From: Candidatus Omnitrophota bacterium
GTDB taxonomy: Bacteria > Omnitrophota > Gorgyraeia > Gygaellales > Profunditerraquicolaceae
Assembly (NCBI GenBank): GCA_028712255.1
Contig: JAQTQJ010000002.1
Coordinates: forward strand, 22,846-86,845
Reading direction: 5' to 3'
Length of the DNA: 64,000 bases
Below the pieces are notes generated by a model that was given only the letters and a program-made list of their open reading frames with translations, had not been told where the DNA came from and did not search any database. Position numbers and translations under genes: made by a program. Positions 43,911 through 52,395 of the stretch are shown one piece after another; position 1 is the first letter of the stretch; the number at the start of each line of letters is the position of its first letter.

Positions 43911-45134
43911 ATGTTCAAACAATTCATTGCTGGTAGTTGCTACTCTTATATTTTAAGTTCAAATGAAGAAGCATTAGTTATCGATCCGCATATCAGCCTG
44001 TTGGATGAATACAGCGAATATTTAAAGAAAAATAGGCTTATGCTGAAGCTTATCATAGACACGCACACACATGCCGACCATTTTTCTTTAGCATCCGTAT
44101 TAAAGAAGAAATTTGGTGCGCAGGTATTGATGCATGAAAAAGCAATTTCTAGCGTTGCGGATAGGCGCTTAAAGGATAATGAGCAAGTCGCCATAGGCTC
44201 CAGTAGCTTTAAAGTCATATATACTCCTGGTCATACAGATGATGCCGTTAGTTTATACGGCGAAAATAAATTATTTTCCGCAGATGCCCTCTTAATCGGC
44301 AGTGTCGGCCGTACGGATTTTCAGAATGGTTCTCCTGAGTCTATGTTTGATACATTAAAAAAGCTTAAAGCTTTTCCGGGAGAGACGGTAATTTTTCCCG
44401 GCCATGACTATCATGAAAAACGTTCGTCTACATTAGCTAAAGAGAAAGGAGAAAATCCTTTTTTAAAAGAAGAGGATAAAGAGGCATTTGTTAAAAACAT
44501 GCGTTCAAAGGTTATTCCCAAGCCTTTTAATATAGACAATATTATCCGCGTAAACCAGAAAGGCCAAGTCGCGGCATTAGAGATGATTGAGCCTAGGGAT
44601 GCCCTGGTAATTATAGAGAAAGATCCTCAGGCCAAATTACTGGATGTACGTTCTGCCTTGGAATTCAGTGAAGTGCATATTAAAGATTCAATTAATATCC
44701 CCATAGATATGCTTTCTGCTAAAATCAATGACCTAAGTCAATCTATGCAAAGCTATATTGTCCTTTGCCGCACCGGTAATCGTTCCCCTATGGCTGCGGA
44801 TATGTTAATACAGTCTGGTATTCATGGCGTTAAGGTAATGCAAGGCGGTATGACGCGTTGGCAGAAGGAAAGGTTACCTGTTATCAAAGGTGAGGGCGGC
44901 ATATCACTAGAACGCCAGGTCCGGCTTATTGCCGGAAGTTTAGTGTTATTGGGGATACTTTTATCATGGATTGTGCATTGGGTGTTTATTTTTATCCCGG
45001 TATTTGTCAGCTGCGGCCTTATTTTTTCCGGCTTGACTGATAACTGCATAATGGGTATGCTGTTAATGAAATTGCCTTATAACAAAAAATTATATAAAAT
45101 AAAACTTGGCGGTGGAACATGTGCCATGGGATAA
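43911..45134 (+). CDS. Three-domain MBL-fold hydrolase (persulfide-dioxygenase-like) + rhodanese + DUF2892 membrane tail
   Basis: HTHADH metal motif, rhodanese active-site loop CRTGNRS, and a C-terminal two-helix DUF2892/YgaP-like segment. ATG 43911 lies behind an aaaaggagagagg RBS. Confidence 0.75.
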   Translation: MFKQFIAGSCYSYILSSNEEALVIDPHISLLDEYSEYLKKNRLMLKLIIDTHTHADHFSLASVLKKKFGAQVLMHEKAISSVADRRLKDNEQVAIGSSSFKVIYTPGHTDDAVSLYGENKLFSADALLIGSVGRTDFQNGSPESMFDTLKKLKAFPGETVIFPGHDYHEKRSSTLAKEKGENPFLKEEDKEAFVKNMRSKVIPKPFNIDNIIRVNQKGQVAALEMIEPRDALVIIEKDPQAKLLDVRSALEFSEVHIKDSINIPIDMLSAKINDLSQSMQSYIVLCRTGNRSPMAADMLIQSGIHGVKVMQGGMTRWQKERLPVIKGEGGISLERQVRLIAGSLVLLGILLSWIVHWVFIFIPVFVSCGLIFSGLTDNCIMGMLLMKLPYNKKLYKIKLGGGTCAMG

Positions 45135-45226
45135 TAAAATAATGCTTTCCTAAAAAGTGTTATATAATGCCTAGTAAGAGATTGAGAAAGGTTATGCCGT
45201 TAGCATGAGATTGTGCCGTGATAAAC

Positions 45227-46675
45227 ATGAATAAAAAAATAGCTATAATAGGAGCGGGAGTGGGAGGGTTGGCTGCTGCTGCCCGGTTAGCCAAACAGGG
45301 ATATTCTGTTGAGGTTTTTGAGAAGCTGGGTGAATGCGGCGGCAGGAACCATTTGCTTGAAGACAAGGGCTTTAAGTTTGACATGGGGCCTTCGTTTGTG
45401 CTTATGCCGGATTTTTTCGAGGAGGTTTTTTCTTACTGCCGGGAGGATATAAAAGAATATTTGGATCTAAGAGCGATAGATCCTGGTTATACGATCTTTT
45501 TTCCTGACGGAGATTCACTTACGGTTTATAAGGATAGCGCAAGGACCAAAAATGAGCTTGAGAAGATAGAGCCGGGAAGCAGTATTGGTTTTGACGGTTT
45601 TATGCGGGAAACCGCCAAGATCTACCGAACAGTCAGGCCTCTGCTTTACGATTGTTTTACCACTAAGGCGGTATTTAACCCCCGTTATTGGGGGCTGCTG
45701 GGAAAAATCCGGGCTTTTGATTCTTACTGGCAACTGGCAAAAAAGTTCTTTAAGAGCGAGAAACTTTGTTATGCCTTTACCTTCGAGGCGATGTTTATGG
45801 GCGTTTCCCCATTTAATGCCCCGGCATTTTATAGCATAATCAGTTATGCTGACCACGTACAGAAAATATTTCATCCTATGGGCAGTATGTATCAGATTCC
45901 TCTGGCTTTGGAAAAGATGGCGAAAAAATTCGGAGCCCGGTTTCAGTACAATTCAGAGGTGAAGAAAATCAAGCCCAGTGGCGGGGAACTTATTTTGGAA
46001 TTAGACGGCCGGGAAGAGGCTTTTGATAAAGTGGTGGTGAATGCCGATTACGCTTACGCGCAGAGCGAGCTTTTAGGAAGGCGTATATCCAATTATAAGT
46101 ACTCTTGTTCGGTTTATCTTATCTATCTGGGATTAAAGCAAAAGGTAAGTGGGTTCGCTCACCATAATTTATTTTTTTCCAACGACCTTAAGAAAAACCT
46201 AAGCCAAATATTTAAAGAAAAGGCAATGCCTGATAATCCCTCTTTTTACGTGCATGTGCCGACAGTGACAGATTCCTCTTTGGCGCCTGTAGGCAAAGAG
46301 ATATTTTACATATTGGTTCCGGTAGCGAACCTGGAAAAGAACAAAGAAGATATTTCTAGGTATGAAGAGATGTTGCGCAAAATTACTTTTGACAAAATTA
46401 GCGAAAAATTAGGCAGCAGGATTGAGGATTTGATTGAGGTGGAACATAGATTCTACCCTAAGGATTTTATCGGCCGTTATAATATCAAATACGGCGCTAC
46501 TTTTGGCCTGGCGCATAATTTGATGCAAAGCGCTTTTTTTAGGCCCCCCAATTTTGACCATAAGATTAAAAATCTTTATTTTGTAGGAGCCAGCACCCAG
46601 CCGGGAGGAGGGCTACCCGTAGTAATTGCCGGTTCCCGGATTGTTGCTGATTTGATTACAGGCAAGGCGAAATAG
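45227..46675 (+). CDS. crtI: Phytoene desaturase-family FAD-dependent oxidoreductase (CrtI/CrtN-like)
   Basis: IAIIGAGVGGLAAAARLA…E…GGR dinucleotide-binding fold and a C-terminal GASTQPGGG-type motif. Confidence 0.75.
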   Translation: MNKKIAIIGAGVGGLAAAARLAKQGYSVEVFEKLGECGGRNHLLEDKGFKFDMGPSFVLMPDFFEEVFSYCREDIKEYLDLRAIDPGYTIFFPDGDSLTVYKDSARTKNELEKIEPGSSIGFDGFMRETAKIYRTVRPLLYDCFTTKAVFNPRYWGLLGKIRAFDSYWQLAKKFFKSEKLCYAFTFEAMFMGVSPFNAPAFYSIISYADHVQKIFHPMGSMYQIPLALEKMAKKFGARFQYNSEVKKIKPSGGELILELDGREEAFDKVVVNADYAYAQSELLGRRISNYKYSCSVYLIYLGLKQKVSGFAHHNLFFSNDLKKNLSQIFKEKAMPDNPSFYVHVPTVTDSSLAPVGKEIFYILVPVANLEKNKEDISRYEEMLRKITFDKISEKLGSRIEDLIEVEHRFYPKDFIGRYNIKYGATFGLAHNLMQSAFFRPPNFDHKIKNLYFVGASTQPGGGLPVVIAGSRIVADLITGKAK

Positions 46676-47525
46676 GAAGGTTGTTTAAGGTTGCCTTTTT
46701 TATGTAGGCAATGATTTCTTTTGTGGTATCATCAGGGGTCGATGCCCCAGCAGTAATCCCCACCGAATTTACCCCTTTAAACCAGGCAGGCTTTATATCT
46801 TTTTTTGATCGGACCCAATAGCTCCTATCGTTTAGCGATTTTGAGATTTCGTAAAGCCTTTTAGTATTAGCGCTGGTCTTTGAACCGATAATAATCATAA
46901 CGTCATTTTCCAAAGGCATATTTTTCATCTCTTGCTGTTTTAAACGCGTCGGGAGGCAGATAGTATTAAATAATTTTAATTCTTTGATATGCGGTTTTAA
47001 TAGATCAAAAATTTTCATTACCTTTTCAATATTCTGCGTAGACTGAACTACAAGAGTAGCCTTTTTTATTTTTTTGATCTTTTTCAAATGTACGCTTTGC
47101 AGGCTATCGATTAGTATTGGTTTCTTTTTCAGCTGCCCTATGATTCCGATTACCTCGTCATGGTTTTTATCTCCGATTAATATAACCGTCTGTCCATGGC
47201 TCTGGGCATTATGGGCGATTTTATGGATTTCCTTTACCATGGGGCAAGTAGCATCGACAATTTTGTATCCGAGCTTACGGGCTTGTTCGATAATATTAAG
47301 GCCGGCTCCGTGGGCGCGGATTAAAAAGATTTTATTTTTTCCGCAGCCGAGCCCCTGAGTTTTTTTTAAGCCCGCCTTTTCCAGCCTTTTAGCCACCTCT
47401 TCGTTATGCACAATATTGCCGAGCATATAGACGTTCTTATTACCGGCGAGTGTTTTATAGGCGATGTCAATCGCCCTTTTTACGCCAAAACAGAAACCTG
47501 CTGATTTAGCCAGATTTATTTTCAT
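46656..47525 (-). CDS. ispH: 4-hydroxy-3-methylbut-2-enyl diphosphate reductase
   Basis: MKINLAKSAGFCFGVKRAI N-terminus and conserved Cys (…DATCPMV…, …NTIC…). Confidence 0.9.
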   Translation of the reverse strand: MKINLAKSAGFCFGVKRAIDIAYKTLAGNKNVYMLGNIVHNEEVAKRLEKAGLKKTQGLGCGKNKIFLIRAHGAGLNIIEQARKLGYKIVDATCPMVKEIHKIAHNAQSHGQTVILIGDKNHDEVIGIIGQLKKKPILIDSLQSVHLKKIKKIKKATLVVQSTQNIEKVMKIFDLLKPHIKELKLFNTICLPTRLKQQEMKNMPLENDVMIIIGSKTSANTKRLYEISKSLNDRSYWVRSKKDIKPAWFKGVNSVGITAGASTPDDTTKEIIAYIKKATLNNLPISPCL

Positions 47526-48367
47526 AGATACTTTCCTTTAAATATTATCTTTGAGACAGCGATTATTTTTTTCGGGGTGCTTACGCAGGCACGTTTGGTA
47601 AAGACATCAAAATCATTTTTTTCTATGGAGTTTAGTATTCCGGAGTAGATGTCAGCCATAGCGCAGGCCACAAAACGGGAATTTAGGTCAGCAAGCATCT
47701 TTATCCCTTGTTTGGCTTTTTCGTAATATTCTCTTGAGCGGGCTATTTGGAATTTCATCAATGCTTTAAAATTCTCATTTATTTGTGAACGAAAGATATC
47801 GCTTTCTGATACTTGAAAGCGCTGCATTTCATCTTCAGGGAGGTAGATCCTGTTTCGATTAAAATCTTCTTTGATGTCGCGCAGGATATTAGTTAATTGC
47901 ATGGCTACGCCCAAACTTATGGCATAATCTGCTGCCTTTGGGTTTGTGTAGCCGAATATCTCTAACATGATTAGCCCCACTACGCCGGCTGCCTTGTAAC
48001 AGTAATCATATAATTCCTCAAAGTTTTTGTAGCGGTTCTTATATAAATCCATATACATGCCTTCTATGAGGGCGTCAAAATATTTTTTTTGGACATGGTA
48101 TTTGTTTATAGATTGCTGAAAGGCTAATAAGAGAGGATCGGCAGGGGGCGCGTTTTTGTAGACAGAATCAATTTTTTGTTGAAGTATAGCTAGGCTGCCT
48201 AAGGTTGAAGGATCTCGTTTACCATCTACAGCTTCATCGCTGATGCGGCATATTGCATATACCGCATATGCGGCGGATCTTTTTTCTTTTTTTAGGAATC
48301 GGGAAGAAAAATAGAATGTTTTGGCATGTTGTTTGGTGATCGCCTCTGCTAATAGCAAACCTTCCAT
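47522..48367 (-). CDS. crtB: Phytoene/squalene synthase-family protein (CrtB/CrtM-like)
   Basis: Head-to-head prenyltransferase motifs: YAICRISDEAVD (first DxxxD region), MQLTNILRDIKED (second Asp-rich region). Confidence 0.8.
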   Translation of the reverse strand: MEGLLLAEAITKQHAKTFYFSSRFLKKEKRSAAYAVYAICRISDEAVDGKRDPSTLGSLAILQQKIDSVYKNAPPADPLLLAFQQSINKYHVQKKYFDALIEGMYMDLYKNRYKNFEELYDYCYKAAGVVGLIMLEIFGYTNPKAADYAISLGVAMQLTNILRDIKEDFNRNRIYLPEDEMQRFQVSESDIFRSQINENFKALMKFQIARSREYYEKAKQGIKMLADLNSRFVACAMADIYSGILNSIEKNDFDVFTKRACVSTPKKIIAVSKIIFKGKYL

Positions 48368-48452
48368 GATTATATTCTACAATAAATAATCTAAAATCAA
48401 AACCAAATTTTACCTTTGAAAAACACAATATTTGCAATACAATATATGTGTT

Positions 48453-48761
48453 ATGTCAGAATATATGGTAGTTTTAATTTTGTCCATAGTAGTGCCTTTT
48501 CTGTTAAGTTTTTGGCCCGGACTTAAATTTTACCGCAATATCCGTTCCCTTTTTATCAGCGTATTTCTCATAGTTATTATCTTCGGCAGTTGGGATATAT
48601 TCGCAACATATAGAGGCCACTGGTACTTTAATCCAAGAGGCGTCTGGGGTTTTAGGGTTATTAACCTTCCGCTGGAAGAGGTATTGTTTTTTGTGGTTAT
48701 ACCTTTTTGTTGTATTTTTACTTGGGAAGCGATTAAGTATCTTGGGGGAAGATTTAAATGA
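48453..48761 (+). CDS. Lycopene cyclase-domain small membrane protein (heterodimeric CrtYc/CrtYd type)
   Basis: ~100-aa, 3-TM protein with PLEE motif (NLPLEEVLFFVVIP). Translationally coupled to a second homologous half. Confidence 0.6.
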   Translation: MSEYMVVLILSIVVPFLLSFWPGLKFYRNIRSLFISVFLIVIIFGSWDIFATYRGHWYFNPRGVWGFRVINLPLEEVLFFVVIPFCCIFTWEAIKYLGGRFK

Positions 48762-49057
48762 AAGAGTATACTATCTTAGGTATAGCCGCGGTTTTATTGA
48801 CTGTCTACTTAGATAAGGCCAGCCATATTAACCTGCTTAAGAAAAAGGGGTACTATGTATTTATCCTGGTAATTCTATTTTTTAAAATGTTGGTGAACGG
48901 TTATTTAACCGGCAAGCAAATTGTAATGTATCGGCCGCAATTTTTTTTGGGATTAAGGATAGGGAGTATTCCTCTGGAAGATTTTTTATTTGGCTTTAGC
49001 ATGGTAACCATGACCATAATTTTCTGGGAGTATTTTAAAAAGAGGCAGGCATGTTAA
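48758..49057 (+). CDS. Lycopene cyclase-domain small membrane protein (second half)
   Basis: Paralogous ~99-aa membrane protein with PLED motif (IPLEDFLFGFSM). Confidence 0.6.
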   Translation: MKEYTILGIAAVLLTVYLDKASHINLLKKKGYYVFILVILFFKMLVNGYLTGKQIVMYRPQFFLGLRIGSIPLEDFLFGFSMVTMTIIFWEYFKKRQAC

Positions 49058-49947
49058 AAAGATCAATATTATTTTTCGTTGCATTTTCTTTTTTAGGGAT
49101 AAATTTATCTTACGGTTTAGATTGGAAAGAGTTGCATGAAAAAGCAGATAATATGATTTTATCGGATATCTTAGCCGATGTTAAGGCAAGGCCTGATTCT
49201 ATAAATGATTTATATGTTCTGGGTTTGGTCTATTTGAATTTACATAAGGATAAAGAAGCAGGAGAGGCTTTTAATAAAGTTTTAACTTTAGACCCTAGGG
49301 CAATCGAGGCAAAATGGGGAAAGGCTGAAGTCCTGCGCCGGCGGCATCAGCCGCAGAAAAGCGAAGAGCTGTTAAGCGGGGTATTAAAACAGAATCCCGA
49401 TTTCCCCCCGGCCTCTATAACCCTGGCTTATATAAGATACACCCAGATGAATTTTAAAGCAGCGGTCAGATTGGCTATAACGGTATTGAGACAGGGAGAA
49501 AAAAATGTTGACCGGGGCAATCAGGTGCGTGCCCATTTGATATACGGAGGTACAAAGGGTATGATCGCGCACTACGGAGGCCCTCTCTCAAAGATCATCA
49601 ATGGCACAGCGGTATTACCGAGCTTAAAGGCGGCGGAGAGATTACAGCCTGAATCAGCGGAGGTCAAATTTGGCTTGGGTAGTTTTTATCTTTTGGCGCC
49701 TGCTTTAGCCGGGGGAAATTTGGAAAAGGCAGAAGCTTATCTCAAAAAAGCAGTTGAAAATGATCCGCTATTTGCTGATGCTTATGTAAGATTGGGTCAG
49801 CTTTATAAAGTTAAGGGTGATGACGTAAGATATAATAAATATTTAAATAAAGCGCTGGAGATTGATCCTCAGAACGAATTAGCACTGGATATCAAAAGTG
49901 GCACATGTAAATTTATTTGTTTTAATAAAGGCATAGAATCAAATTAG
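49051..49947 (+). CDS. Secreted TPR-repeat protein
   Basis: Signal peptide, then several TPR-like helical repeats (…AGEAFNKVLTLDP…, …AEAYLKKAVENDP…, …NKYLNKALEIDP…). Confidence 0.5.
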   Translation: MLKRSILFFVAFSFLGINLSYGLDWKELHEKADNMILSDILADVKARPDSINDLYVLGLVYLNLHKDKEAGEAFNKVLTLDPRAIEAKWGKAEVLRRRHQPQKSEELLSGVLKQNPDFPPASITLAYIRYTQMNFKAAVRLAITVLRQGEKNVDRGNQVRAHLIYGGTKGMIAHYGGPLSKIINGTAVLPSLKAAERLQPESAEVKFGLGSFYLLAPALAGGNLEKAEAYLKKAVENDPLFADAYVRLGQLYKVKGDDVRYNKYLNKALEIDPQNELALDIKSGTCKFICFNKGIESN

Positions 49948-50196
49948 TTGTAAGTTTACCGGTCGCTGTTCGATGTAAAAGTATAACCGATTACGGAATA
50001 GGAAAGGCCCCCAAGCAATATCGTTCTCTGGTGGTAACTATTTTTGGGATTTTTATGTATGAAAAAATAGCGTAGCGGCATTGGAGCAGGCCAGGACGGT
50101 GGCAGTTAATGTGCTTGTTTTCGGAGAACTTTTTCATCTTTTTAGCTGCCGGTCTCTAACCCGGTCGATGTCCGCTCTCGGAGTGTTCTCTAACAG

Positions 50197-50628
50197 GTGG
50201 ATATTCTTCGGCGTTATCCTAGAATTTCCCTATCTGAAGAAAGACGTTTGATTCACAAGGCTCAAAATGGTTCAAAGAAAAGCAAGGAAGAGCTTGTATT
50301 GCGTCATGTTGGCTTTGTAATTTTTAGAATTCACAAAGTAGCGTTTCCTGCCTTGATCCAGAGATTTGGAGACGACCTGCTTGAAGAAGCCATCCTGATT
50401 ATCTATAAAAAAATCGAAAGCTATAACCTTGATTACCGCGATAAGAAAGGCAATCCTAATCCGGTGAAATTTACCTCTTACATTTGGAAACGGATCGATG
50501 GTTTTATAATCGTTTCATTAAAGAAGGAGCTTGGCGAGTCAAATTATTACGATAGGTATAGCGGATATGCCCTTAAAATTTATAAAAAGACACTTTCCAG
50601 CATAAAATTGGTGCAGTTTTCTGATTGA
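50197..50628 (+). CDS. Sigma-70 region-2-only protein, paralog 2
   Basis: About three-quarters identical by eye to the 41329 paralog over the whole protein (EERRLIHKAQNGSKKSKEELVLRHVGFVIFRIHKVA…FTSYIWKRIDGFII). GTG start. Confidence 0.55.
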   Translation: MDILRRYPRISLSEERRLIHKAQNGSKKSKEELVLRHVGFVIFRIHKVAFPALIQRFGDDLLEEAILIIYKKIESYNLDYRDKKGNPNPVKFTSYIWKRIDGFIIVSLKKELGESNYYDRYSGYALKIYKKTLSSIKLVQFSD

Positions 50629-50892
50629 GATGGAAAGCGTCTGTATCTTTGTATTTTCAATAGCGGTTGTAGGTCTTTTTATGTTGCGATGTTTCTGGAG
50701 TTAGGGTATTGCGTTTATTAGTTGTATATCGGCCGTATTCCTAGGTGTTTTTACGGATTCACCCCTTCAAAAAAAGTTAAGAAAAGGTCTAAATACACTA
50801 AATACATATAAGATTAGAGTATAAACTCTAAAAACTAATGCTATAATTATAGAAATGACCTTTCAAGTGAATTTGGAGAAATATTTAACTAT

Positions 50893-51642
50893 ATGTTAAT
50901 GCCATCTATATTATCTGGTACTTTGTTAACATCGGATCATCAAAAGATAGCGTATTGTCATTATAAGGTTGGTCACGATAAAGTAGTTATTATAGTTCAC
51001 GGTTTTTATAATAGTAAAGACGCCGTAATATTAAAGAAATTCGCTGAGGTTCTGTATGATGATTATGATATATTTATGTTCGATTTTAGAGGGCACGGGA
51101 AGAGCAGTGGATTTTTTTCATGGACAAGTAAAGAGGGTATAGATTTAGAAGTAGCGCTGGACTATATGGATGGAAAATATAAGAAAATAGCCATGCTCGC
51201 TTTTTCTTTTGGAGCAAGCGTAGCTATCAATACCTTAGCGTACGATAAACGGGTCGATTCGCTTATATGTGTAAGTTCTGTATCAGATCCTAACAAAATT
51301 GATTATCAGTTTTGGGAGTTGGATTTAAAAGGTGACTTAGCATATACTTTGTTTACTTTCGAAGGCCTTAAAGGAAGAGGATTTCGTCTCGGGCCATTTT
51401 GGCTTAAAAAAGAAAAGCCTATTGATAATGTAGCTAAAATACAAATTCCTATCCTATATATTCACGGAGACAGGGATTGGGTGATTAAGCCATGGCATTC
51501 TCAAGCGCTTTATGATAAAACGCAGTCTAAGAAAAGGATGGCCATTATTAAAGGCGGGCCACATGCGGAATATTTAATAAGAGATTATTTCACGCAATTT
51601 ATGACTGAAACTAAAAATTGGTTTCAGGAAACATTAACATAA
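50893..51642 (+). CDS. Alpha/beta-fold hydrolase
   Basis: VHGFYNS oxyanion region, nucleophile elbow AFSFGAS (GxSxG), and a C-terminal HGDRD/His region. Confidence 0.65.
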   Translation: MLMPSILSGTLLTSDHQKIAYCHYKVGHDKVVIIVHGFYNSKDAVILKKFAEVLYDDYDIFMFDFRGHGKSSGFFSWTSKEGIDLEVALDYMDGKYKKIAMLAFSFGASVAINTLAYDKRVDSLICVSSVSDPNKIDYQFWELDLKGDLAYTLFTFEGLKGRGFRLGPFWLKKEKPIDNVAKIQIPILYIHGDRDWVIKPWHSQALYDKTQSKKRMAIIKGGPHAEYLIRDYFTQFMTETKNWFQETLT

Positions 51643-51651
51643 GGAGATATA

Positions 51652-52395
51652 GTGAAAAGTATATTTATTACTATTGGCCAACTTATTTTCTCGTTGGTTA
51701 TGTATATTATTGGAACAGTATATTTTGGTTTAGCATTAATTCCCAGTATTGCTATTGTTTTAAAAGCTTGGAATGCAGGCCTGTTAATGCAGCCGATTAG
51801 CCGTTATGCGCTTTTAGGATTTTCATTAGCTGGGGGATATTTTGTTTTTGGTTTTTCTATGATTATACTTGCAGGCTTAACAAGGACGATTTTAGGTTTA
51901 CGACTTAAAGAGGGAAATTATCCAATTTTTTCTCCGATGGCTTTAAAATGGGCTTTTGTTAGTGCCCTGTATCTTTTTATTAATTTTACCTTCGTTGATT
52001 TTATTCTTCTTACTCCCTTTGCTAATTTGTTGCAGCGACTTTTAGGTGCTAAGCTAGGGAAAAATGTTCAAATAAATTCAAAATTCGTATTTGATGCCAC
52101 TCTTCTTGAGATTGGCGATAATACAGTAGTCGGAGGCGGTGCAATTATTATTGGGCATGTGGTAGAACGAGGTATTCTTAAACTTAAAAGAGTAAAAATT
52201 GGGAAAAATGTAACCATTGGTTCTCACGCTACAATTATGCCGGGATGCGAGATTGGTGATAATGCAATCATTGGTGCAAGCGCAGTCCTTTTGAAAAATA
52301 CCAAAGTTGAATCGAGGGCGGTGTATTTTGGTGTACCCGCCGAGCAGCTTAAGCCTCATCATCATAAAGAGGAAACTGATAATGCCCAACGTTAG
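51652..52395 (+). CDS. Membrane-anchored hexapeptide-repeat (left-handed beta-helix) acyl/acetyltransferase
   Basis: Four N-terminal TM helices, then an LbH domain (GDNTVVGGGAIIIG…IGKNVTIGSHATIMPGCEIGDNAIIGASAVL). GTG start behind an aaggag RBS. Confidence 0.6.
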   Translation: MKSIFITIGQLIFSLVMYIIGTVYFGLALIPSIAIVLKAWNAGLLMQPISRYALLGFSLAGGYFVFGFSMIILAGLTRTILGLRLKEGNYPIFSPMALKWAFVSALYLFINFTFVDFILLTPFANLLQRLLGAKLGKNVQINSKFVFDATLLEIGDNTVVGGGAIIIGHVVERGILKLKRVKIGKNVTIGSHATIMPGCEIGDNAIIGASAVLLKNTKVESRAVYFGVPAEQLKPHHHKEETDNAQR

